Shown: positions 7,606-14,769 of the stretch, one piece after another | Numbering within the stretch: position 1 is the stretch's first letter | How the letters are laid out: the number at the start of each line of letters is the position of its first letter | From: a virus | Lineage: Duplodnaviria > Caudoviricetes | Length of the DNA stretch: 28,652 nt | Strand: one strand, 5' to 3' | IMG/VR virus record: IMGVR_UViG_3300034116_000503 | Span: 1-28,652 of that record | Translations under genes and position numbers: made by a program | The notes under the pieces: model-generated | Database searches by the model: none | The model's input: the letters and a program-made list of their open reading frames with translations, nothing else | Told to the model about the DNA's origin: nothing

Positions 7606-8728
7606 TTGGCATATTTATTTGAGTGTTAACAATACCATACTCGCTCAAAGTCCAATCAATATTATTGCCGTACATTGTAGCCATTGTTTCTTGAATTAAT
7701 CCCTGCACTGGTTTAACGGCTTCTCTTAATTCTTTTCTCGCTTGTTCGATTGCGTTTGTGTTTCCTAAAACTGCCGCTTCGCTGTAACCTAGTAATACAG
7801 GATGAACGCCAAATAAACGGCATATTGAACGCTCGATAATATCACGCTTCGTATTTGACGCTTCCAATATTGGTTTCGGGTCTGTTGCTGTGTACGTTGG
7901 TGCTTGTTCGGGTGTTTCAACAAAGTGCGCCAATACTCCGAAACGTGAAGTCAATCCATCTTTATTTTTCTGCAACCCTGTGAACTGCGTCATTGCTTCT
8001 TCCACACGCTGACGGTCTGTTAATCCATCTTCTCCTTCCGTTGTTTCATTTACTCCGCTAAACGTCATGATACCGCCCAAAACAAAGCCATTCAATACGG
8101 CTTCATAGTCCATCTTTGATAACTCGCTTGACGTTTTCAAGTCTTCAAATGCGGCTAAATAATCGGGAAGTCCATAATGCCCACTATCAAAAGGATTTCC
8201 ATTGTAAACATAAAGTATTTCACCACGCCCACCAAAGTGATTGACATTTATATCCATCGCTTCAAATGTAGCTACTTCGCCCTGAAAGTCTTGCAACTCA
8301 ACCCACGCATCACGTCTATATTTGTCAGTTTGTATTGTCGGGTTATAAAACCAAGTCCCATTTATTCCACGTCTAAATTTCTGCAACGGCATTACTTCCG
8401 ATTTCCCTACTCGACCGTTTCCAAGTCTTGAAACATGGATAACAACCGCATTAAAATACGACCATGAAGTAGCAAATATTCCTACAAACTTATCCGCTGT
8501 TTGCTTTGAGTTTACTTTGAACCCCGAAGCAACTGGAGAAACAAATCCATCCGCTTGGATGTACTCCGCATATTTCTTTGCGGCTTTCTTAGCCACGCCA
8601 CTATTGTTGATTGCCTCAATTAATTCTAAAGGCAAATTGTCATTCCATCCATAACGAAAATATCCATCACCTTTTTTTTCAGTAGTGACTGGCAAAATGT
8701 TTTTGAATGTTCGTGTATGTTTGCTCAT
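7592..8728 (-). CDS. Portal protein
   Basis: YG..DNLP..L...IN.S, YGLPDYLAA, LNGF..GGI, ICRLFGVHPVLLG, VKPVQ..I motifs typical of portals. Confidence 0.85.
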   Translation of the reverse strand: MSKHTRTFKNILPVTTEKKGDGYFRYGWNDNLPLELIEAINNSGVAKKAAKKYAEYIQADGFVSPVASGFKVNSKQTADKFVGIFATSWSYFNAVVIHVSRLGNGRVGKSEVMPLQKFRRGINGTWFYNPTIQTDKYRRDAWVELQDFQGEVATFEAMDINVNHFGGRGEILYVYNGNPFDSGHYGLPDYLAAFEDLKTSSELSKMDYEAVLNGFVLGGIMTFSGVNETTEGEDGLTDRQRVEEAMTQFTGLQKNKDGLTSRFGVLAHFVETPEQAPTYTATDPKPILEASNTKRDIIERSICRLFGVHPVLLGYSEAAVLGNTNAIEQARKELREAVKPVQGLIQETMATMYGNNIDWTLSEYGIVNTQINMPNVSE

Positions 8729-9379
8729 TGTATGCCTTTATAATTAACCTCGATTTCTTTGATAGTGCTAAACCCTTTTGGATGTATCACTAACCGTTCG
8801 TTTGGCTTAATGCAAAGGTGCGATTTTTGGTAGTCAATATAGTGACCGTCCACTATTTTTTTAGGACACGAAAGCATTTCAATTAGATTATTGTACGCTC
8901 TCTTGTGTACGATGTACGCAAACGCTCCCCACGTTTGATTTTGCTGAGTAAAGTATTGATTAAAATAAAAAGGGTTACGCCCAAACGAACCGCCTAAATA
9001 AAGGATATGCCAATCTTTTGGTAACTGGTTTAAATACTTTTCAAACTTAGGTTTAAAATCTTTTACGAAAGTTATGTCATCCTCAAAAATAGCGATGCAC
9101 TCATAGCCTCTTTCTTTAGCTAATTTAATAGCGTTCAAGTGGCTTTGAATGCAAGCATATTCGTTATTCGTTACACCTTGAATTGGTGAAACTATTTCTT
9201 TGCCATCAACTGCAATTAGTCTTTCGACTTGAAGGGTCTGCCCCTTTTCTTTGGCTGTGGAATAGAAACATCCTCTAGCCTCTTGTTTGGCACTAACGGT
9301 AAATCGCTCTCGTCTGTCGACACTTCGTTCAAGGTTGATAAAGACGCTGGGAACTGGGATGTTGATAGGCTTTTTTTTT
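8725..9379 (-). CDS. Glycosyltransferase family 25; frame is open well beyond the track start and is probably entered by a -1 shift from the 9216-9551 ORF
   Basis: Frame open from 9402 with no ATG/GTG/TTG until 9138. It encodes FINLERSVDRRERF...ERLIAVDG...ACIQSH...IFEDD...WHILYLG...AYIV, the full GT25 motif series. Confidence 0.85.
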
Positions 9380-9551
9380 GACCTTTTTCTTCGCCCATAA
9401 TGTCAAAGCAATGCGACTTTCCAAACTTGCAGCATAAGTTGTAAAGTTCTTCGCTGATTTGCGTTTCTTTAGTGATAGAAACAATTTGCGTTCCTGCTCG
9501 AAATACTATAGAGCCAACGTCTTTTTTAAGTTTAAATTTTTGAGGTATCAT
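9216..9551 (-). CDS. Small protein with C-terminal AT-hook-like PKKRGRP; N-terminal ~60 aa may be shared with a GT25 fusion
   Basis: 111 aa ORF containing the A9 run at 9371-9379; ends QPKKRGRPFKSKD. Confidence 0.65.
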   Translation of the reverse strand: MIPQKFKLKKDVGSIVFRAGTQIVSITKETQISEELYNLCCKFGKSHCFDIMGEEKGQKKSLSTSQFPASLSTLNEVSTDESDLPLVPNKRLEDVSIPQPKKRGRPFKSKD

Positions 9552-9567
9552 ATTTTGATTTTATTGT

Positions 9568-10176
9568 TTACAAATCTACTTTAATTAGTTCTACACCGCA
9601 AATCTCGTCACGTTCTACTATCTTGTAACGTAGGCTATTTAAGCCGTCAAACGCCCATGTGTGCTGTGTTCTATTCAATCGCTCTTTATTCGCTTTGTAT
9701 TCGCTTGTAATGGGTTGTTTTTCGTGCTTTAGTGACTTGTATCTATGCAACTCGAATTTAGTGCGGATGTTGTTTAGCTTTGTTCGGGTGAATAAGTCAT
9801 CATCTTCGCCACCCCATCCCCAATAATTATTTGAAAATCCATTGCACTTCAAAAAACTTTCGGCATCAAAAGCCGTTACGCCACCAAAACAAGTTTCATA
9901 CGGTACTTTGTAATTGAACTGCTCACATAAACCGCTAAAGTGGACCGCTCCATCAATAGGCTGTGTGTAATGTGCTAGGCTTTCGGCTAATAAATCAACA
10001 TCATGAAAGCAAACCGTTTTATCAGTGCACTCATTAAAGCCTATATTCAGCAACTTACCACGATTAAATAACTCGTTATTCGCTTGTTCGACTACTAAAA
10101 TGTCAAAGCCTTTGTAGTGCTCTACAAATTGTTTTAAGTGGTCAAGTCTATTTCGGTATGGAACTATTAACTTCAT
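9568..10176 (-). CDS. Glycosyltransferase family 7 (beta-1,4-galactosyltransferase-like)
   Basis: IVPYRNR..HL, FNRGKLLNIGF, FHDVDL, FGGV, NGFSNNYWGWGGEDDD are hallmark GT7 motifs. Confidence 0.92.
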   Translation of the reverse strand: MKLIVPYRNRLDHLKQFVEHYKGFDILVVEQANNELFNRGKLLNIGFNECTDKTVCFHDVDLLAESLAHYTQPIDGAVHFSGLCEQFNYKVPYETCFGGVTAFDAESFLKCNGFSNNYWGWGGEDDDLFTRTKLNNIRTKFELHRYKSLKHEKQPITSEYKANKERLNRTQHTWAFDGLNSLRYKIVERDEICGVELIKVDL

Positions 10177-10814
10177 TGATTATGGTTAATTATTGCCCAC
10201 TCTAGGCACTTATCAATTCGCTCGGTCTGCTTCACGTCCTTGCCATACTCACGACTATACCATGAATGTATGCCTATCGGTTTGTCGTTAATGTTTATCA
10301 CCGTACTTGTACCATCTGTTGAAGTTATCTTTGTAAAGTTAGCGTGTTTGAAGTTCAAATGTAGCCAATAGAATAACCCTGCAAACGGCTCATCTACATT
10401 GCCATTCTTTTCGCACTGGTTTGCGTAGTCATAAACCTTTGAGTTGTCAAATTTTGACAATTTAGTTTTAATCATGTCCACGTTAAATACATTAAAGAAC
10501 GGATTGACGTGGAAAAATGATTTGTCTCTATGGCTAATCACTCCCTTATCGGGAACACCACAATAGGCAAAGTCATTTCGTGTCATGTCAGCAATCACTT
10601 GGTCTATTAAATCTTCATTGGTAACAAAGAAATCTTCGTCAGCGTTTACGATTATGCCATTGTAGTTTTCAAGAATGTGAAGGAGATAAGTCAGCGCACC
10701 ATGAAACCCTGTAAACTGTTGCAACCTTACGAAAGTATTGTCATCACGCCATAATGATTTTGATAGGCTGTAAAGTTTATCGTTTGCGCTTCGGGTTATA
10801 ATTGTTTTCTTCAT
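10173..10814 (-). CDS. Putative GT-A fold glycosyltransferase
   Basis: IIVNADEDFF (DxD after a beta strand), late HSWYSR histidine; adjacent to two other GTs. Confidence 0.55.
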   Translation of the reverse strand: MKKTIITRSANDKLYSLSKSLWRDDNTFVRLQQFTGFHGALTYLLHILENYNGIIVNADEDFFVTNEDLIDQVIADMTRNDFAYCGVPDKGVISHRDKSFFHVNPFFNVFNVDMIKTKLSKFDNSKVYDYANQCEKNGNVDEPFAGLFYWLHLNFKHANFTKITSTDGTSTVININDKPIGIHSWYSREYGKDVKQTERIDKCLEWAIINHNQ

Positions 10815-11092
10815 GCAAATATCTGTTTTACTTCATTACTAAATAGTTTTACGCTATGCTCTAATTCAGTTACTCCATGTCCATCTTTCTTATTGCAAAA
10901 GCTATCAAAGTCACAACCGATATACTTCATATCTTTAAAATACCAAACGAACGCCACGCCATTGAAAACTTTATCCGCTTTCATTCGCTCAAAGCGTTTA
11001 TCCGTAGCCTCGTAAATACTAGGAAAGTGTTTAAGTGTGGCTAACCTTGTTAAACTTAGAAGCCAATGTCTGTATTTCTCGATTTCGCTCAT
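10811..11092 (-). CDS. Hypothetical protein
   Basis: 93 aa ORF with ATGA overlaps on both sides. Confidence 0.65.
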   Translation of the reverse strand: MSEIEKYRHWLLSLTRLATLKHFPSIYEATDKRFERMKADKVFNGVAFVWYFKDMKYIGCDFDSFCNKKDGHGVTELEHSVKLFSNEVKQIFA

Positions 11093-11430
11093 ATCATTTT
11101 TTTATAAATATCAATCCGACTTTTAATAAACTCGCATAATTCATATTTCTCTAATGCCTTAAACTCAATCAATGCTTTAGTCAAAGCGTATTTATTTACC
11201 TTTAAAATCTCAGCATCACTACTATTGTACTTCGCTATGTTAGTCGTATAATATTTGCGCATTGAAACCATCGCATCAACCAAACATGAACTGCAATTCC
11301 CTTTTAATTTCTTGTTGAAAATTAGTGTATAGTAATATCGGATAGTTACTCCGCTTACATTGTTTACGCTACCTTTTGAGATTACATTCTCATTCAACTC
11401 ATTTAAAAAAGATAGGCTTCTCACTTCCAT
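11089..11430 (-). CDS. Hypothetical protein with CxxC (CSSC)
   Basis: 113 aa; Y..IFNKK...NCSSC; first gene after the major tail terminator. Confidence 0.7.
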   Translation of the reverse strand: MEVRSLSFLNELNENVISKGSVNNVSGVTIRYYYTLIFNKKLKGNCSSCLVDAMVSMRKYYTTNIAKYNSSDAEILKVNKYALTKALIEFKALEKYELCEFIKSRIDIYKKMI

Positions 11431-11434
11431 TGTA

Positions 11435-11442
11435 CAAATATA
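11435..11442 (-). promoter_or_regulatory. -7 promoter box 4 nt before ATG
   Basis: TATATTTG-TACA-ATG. Confidence 0.65.
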
Positions 11443-11453
11443 GACAAACGTAT

Positions 11454-11484
11454 TTAAAAAACAATAGCCACTCGAAAGTGGCTA
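11454..11484 (-). terminator. Intrinsic terminator after the major tail gene
   Basis: TAGCCACT-TTCG-AGTGGCTA followed by TTGTTTTT. Confidence 0.8.
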
Positions 11485-11514
11485 AAGTTTATGCAACTAA
11501 GGGAGCGAGAAGAA

Positions 11515-12090
11515 TTAAACTACTGCTTTGCTGATGTTGTCCAAGTAAGCGATTGACGTAGCCAATGAACCTCCGTTTAAGAAGTATTTAGGCAAGTAGC
11601 GTTGTTCGCCACTCAAAGTCAACAACATTCCTGTGTCATCTTGTAAAGCCGTTCCAGTACCACCTGCGAATGCCGATGCTTTCAATCCTTTGTCCAATCC
11701 GTAAACTTCGATTTGGTCGTTTTCGTTTTGGAAAATAACAATCAAATCTTTGGCTTTGAACAATGTTTCAACTGCCGCACGTTCTGATGGTGTAGCTGTG
11801 AAAATCTTAATCGCTGCGCTGTGGTTGAATGTGTTGGTATTATCACCAATCACGCCTTCAATAACACCGTTGTGAGTGTAATCTTTGCCTGTAACCGTAA
11901 TCAACTTATAAGCATCGCTCGAATTGTCAACGCCCATTGTAATGGTGTTAACGTATCCGTTAGCGTCAGTTGTAGTGCTTACGACTTGGCTCTTTTGCGT
12001 TACCCAAACTCTACGGTTTACACCGCCAACTTGGTTTTCTTTTTCGCATCCTTGTCCGATGCTCTCTAATATGTCAATGCAATCTGCCAT
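11515..12090 (-). CDS. Major tail (tube) protein
   Basis: 191 aa; C......GGV..VWV, L.VIFQNEN....VYG...GL, GTGTA..D..G..LTLSGEQ pattern; follows the capsid gene. Confidence 0.7.
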   Translation of the reverse strand: MADCIDILESIGQGCEKENQVGGVNRRVWVTQKSQVVSTTTDANGYVNTITMGVDNSSDAYKLITVTGKDYTHNGVIEGVIGDNTNTFNHSAAIKIFTATPSERAAVETLFKAKDLIVIFQNENDQIEVYGLDKGLKASAFAGGTGTALQDDTGMLLTLSGEQRYLPKYFLNGGSLATSIAYLDNISKAVV

Positions 12091-12109
12091 TTTATGTTTT
12101 ATTTAAGAT

Positions 12110-12135
12110 ATTAAAAGGGGGATTTGCACCCCCTT
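12110..12135 (-). terminator. Hairpin/terminator after the major capsid gene
   Basis: AAGGGGG-TGCAAAT-CCCCCTT then TTAAT; T-rich on both sides, possibly bidirectional. Confidence 0.7.
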
Positions 12136-12143
12136 AATTTTTT

Positions 12144-13145
12144 TTAGAAACCTGCGATTACGTTCAAGTCACCGTAGCCGTATTGGTAGTCAATCATGGC
12201 ACTAGCTGGTGAAAATACTTTGTCCTCTTTACGGTCGTAGAATGGCTCGATGCTTTCAAAACCGCTACCATCAATCATGATGTGGTGGTTTGTAGGCAAA
12301 GTCAAGATAACTCGGTTCGGGTCGGTTACACTTGGAGGTGAACCTGCTGTTCCGTAAAGTGCTAATCCTCTGTCAACGTAGTTAGCGTTAATCATTGGAA
12401 TGCCTTGATAAGAGATACCAGTCACACCATTTTGAAGAGATGCACGGTCAATCAAGTTACCACCTACTGCGGTGTTGATTTGCAAGAAACGGCTCCATGC
12501 TTCGTAAACTTTTTGAGTTACAATGAACGCTTTAGTTCCGTTGTCAAAAGTTTTAAGCAAATCGCTCTGTGCTGTGTAGATACCATACAAAGTACCTTCG
12601 ATGTTTGTCAAAGACAAATCGCTGTCAGTGATTGCACCTGCATCAACCGTTCCGTCATTTGCGGCTACACCTGCTAAAAGTTTTTGATAAACTCCATCCA
12701 TACCGCTCAAGAAGTTAGTAGTAGATGAAGTGTCAGCAAGGAACAAAGCGTAAAGTAAGTTAGTGTTGAAAGCGTTTGATTGCTTAGTCACGATACGGTC
12801 AACAATCTCTGGTGTCAATTCACCTTTTCTCCATCCGTCTGGAAGGCTATCGCCCCAAATTGATTTAACGAAGTCGGTATAACATTGCTCAAAAGAAAAA
12901 TCCAACTCATAAGGGTCAAGAGCCTTTTTAGTGATTGGCGTTCCTGTTTTGTAATCCCATCCACAAGTCGCCTTGATAGTTGGTGCATCTGTAAATTCAG
13001 CATCAAAGTATAATTCTTTGCCGATTTTACCAAAGTGAATTGTGAACGGTAAAGCGTTAATCTTTGGGTCGTTCAATAGCGGTTTATAGAATACCTCGTA
13101 TGGTATCGAACCGTTTGCTGGTAGTGCTGTTACTGCGTTTGCCAT
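12144..13145 (-). CDS. Major capsid protein
   Basis: 333 aa directly after the protease/scaffold; C.W...G..IT.K.L, EQC..DF...W and MDG.Y..L patterns; followed by a hairpin. Confidence 0.8.
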   Translation of the reverse strand: MANAVTALPANGSIPYEVFYKPLLNDPKINALPFTIHFGKIGKELYFDAEFTDAPTIKATCGWDYKTGTPITKKALDPYELDFSFEQCYTDFVKSIWGDSLPDGWRKGELTPEIVDRIVTKQSNAFNTNLLYALFLADTSSTTNFLSGMDGVYQKLLAGVAANDGTVDAGAITDSDLSLTNIEGTLYGIYTAQSDLLKTFDNGTKAFIVTQKVYEAWSRFLQINTAVGGNLIDRASLQNGVTGISYQGIPMINANYVDRGLALYGTAGSPPSVTDPNRVILTLPTNHHIMIDGSGFESIEPFYDRKEDKVFSPASAMIDYQYGYGDLNVIAGF

Positions 13146-13176
13146 GTCTTATTGTTTTTGTTTTTAGTTTATTAAT

Positions 13177-14328
13177 TTATTTGTTTTCCTTTTCGGCTCT
13201 ACGTTTAGCGATTACTTCCATTGCTGAAAGTTTTGGCGCATCTTGGTTAGTGTTATTTGACTGACCTGCTTCGGCTTTGAAGTTCTTGCCAGTTACAAGT
13301 AATGCTTCAAAAGACTTCACCTTAGTTGCAAGTGCTACGATTTCGTTCTTAGTGTCGTTAATCAAAGTTTCTTTCTCGTTTACGATTTCTTCTTTAGCGG
13401 CAAGTTGTGCTTTCAAATCTTCGATTTGTGCATTTGCTTCTTTTAGTTTCGCATCTTCAACTTCAACTTCAACTTCTTTTACCGCTGTAACTACACCCTC
13501 TGCAACGGTGTAAGTAGCTGTATCTACAACGTAATCACCATCTGCCAAAGGTGTCAACATTGTTTCGTCTTCAAATACCAAAGTGCCTTCGGTAAGTGTT
13601 GAGCCATCAAAGTGGATTACTTTGCCGTCAATAGTTTCGGTCATTGCTGCCTTAAATAATTTTGATGTGAGTTTTGCAAGGAATGATTTTATTCCTGTCA
13701 ACTCGGCTTTGATTTCGGTTTGTTCTGCCATGTTAATTGTTTTATTTTGATTAGATAAATACGCTGCTATTTTGTACTTGGTGAACGCCTTAATTTCACC
13801 GCCCATGATTTCATCTGCAAATCCTAGTTCTATTGCTTCACTTGCTGTTAGTGTTGTTTGACGGTCTAAGATTGGTTTCAAATCTTCGGTGCTTTTGCCT
13901 GTGATAGTTGAGTAGAAATTAACTATCTTATTTTCCGCACGTTTCAAATCTTCGGCTAGTGCTTCCAAGTCTTTTGCTTCCATTGCGTTTGGTGCATCGG
14001 GCATCCAAAAAGGATTGTGAACAAAGAACTCGCTGTTTGCGTACATTTTTCTTTTGCCCTTTTTACCTGCTTGGAATATCACCGTAGCGATACTGCCACA
14101 CATACCGTTCACTATTGTGTTAACCGTAAACGGCAAAGACATTAAACGGTCATGAATTGCAAAGCCTTCTGTTACTGAACCGCCACCGCTATTGATAAAC
14201 ACATTTAGTTCTTCAATATCTTGGTGCTGGTCAAGGAAATTGTTTAACGTAGTCAAGTCGAAAGACGCTTCATCAAAGAAACCTTGCTGACCGATATAAC
14301 CGTTAATGTAAAGCGTTGCGCTGTTCAT
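13177..14328 (-). CDS. ClpP-type (S14) prohead protease fused to a scaffold domain
   Basis: INSGGGSV.EGFAI, CGSIATVI (Ser), FFVHNP (His), LTASEAIELGFAD; acidic coiled-coil C-terminal half. Confidence 0.92.
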   Translation of the reverse strand: MNSATLYINGYIGQQGFFDEASFDLTTLNNFLDQHQDIEELNVFINSGGGSVTEGFAIHDRLMSLPFTVNTIVNGMCGSIATVIFQAGKKGKRKMYANSEFFVHNPFWMPDAPNAMEAKDLEALAEDLKRAENKIVNFYSTITGKSTEDLKPILDRQTTLTASEAIELGFADEIMGGEIKAFTKYKIAAYLSNQNKTINMAEQTEIKAELTGIKSFLAKLTSKLFKAAMTETIDGKVIHFDGSTLTEGTLVFEDETMLTPLADGDYVVDTATYTVAEGVVTAVKEVEVEVEDAKLKEANAQIEDLKAQLAAKEEIVNEKETLINDTKNEIVALATKVKSFEALLVTGKNFKAEAGQSNNTNQDAPKLSAMEVIAKRRAEKENK

Positions 14329-14359
14329 AGTACAAAAAAAGGGAGAATATCAAAGCCAA

Positions 14360-14398
14360 TTTGTTTTTGTCCTAAAATCAAACTATGTTTGTCCTAAA
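14360..14398 (+). promoter_or_regulatory. Rightward promoter overlapped by an 11-bp direct repeat
   Basis: TTTG (14360-14363), 20 nt spacer, TATGTTTG (14384-14391); TTTGTCCTAAA at 14366-14376 and 14388-14398. Confidence 0.65.
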
Positions 14399-14408
14399 CT
14401 TTTTAACC

Positions 14409-14588
14409 ATGTCAATCCGAAACAAATACATCAGCGCATCAGTTACGTTCGTACTATGCTATTTACTTTGCGCCTTTATTGGTGCTAATCTTAACCCTTT
14501 GCAATGGTCTGAGTGGGTTAGATTGTTTTTCATTATAGCCTTGTTTATTCCTAGTCAGTTAACCAAAACTATTGCAAATGGCAAGTAA
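14409..14588 (+). CDS. Small two-TM membrane protein
   Basis: ATG 14409 lies downstream of the promoter; two hydrophobic helices separated by NLNPLQWSEW. Confidence 0.65.
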   Translation: MSIRNKYISASVTFVLCYLLCAFIGANLNPLQWSEWVRLFFIIALFIPSQLTKTIANGK

Positions 14589-14769
14589 AAAAGACGAAGC
14601 AGAAAAGTATAGTAAACAACTCAAAACGCAGTTCACGCCTTATTGGTGGAAACGCTTAGAAAATCATTGCCAACTTCCGCAGTCAAATACAAGTGTGGCG
14701 AAGTTTGTGAGGGAAGCGGCTATTGAGAAGTATAATGAAATTTACAACTCCGATAAATTAACCGACTGA
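14578..14769 (+). CDS. Small DNA-binding protein, ribbon-helix-helix-like
   Basis: Strand QLKTQFT, helix YWWKRLENHC, then TSVAKFVREAAIEK (S.A.FVR.A pattern of CopG/Arc-like proteins); 3' end overlaps the tape measure end. Confidence 0.55.
   Translation: MASKKDEAEKYSKQLKTQFTPYWWKRLENHCQLPQSNTSVAKFVREAAIEKYNEIYNSDKLTD

Noticed and set aside
8672-8679. A8 run near the portal start as another frameshift site
   Set aside because: The portal is complete in frame (TEKKGDG); no shift is required.
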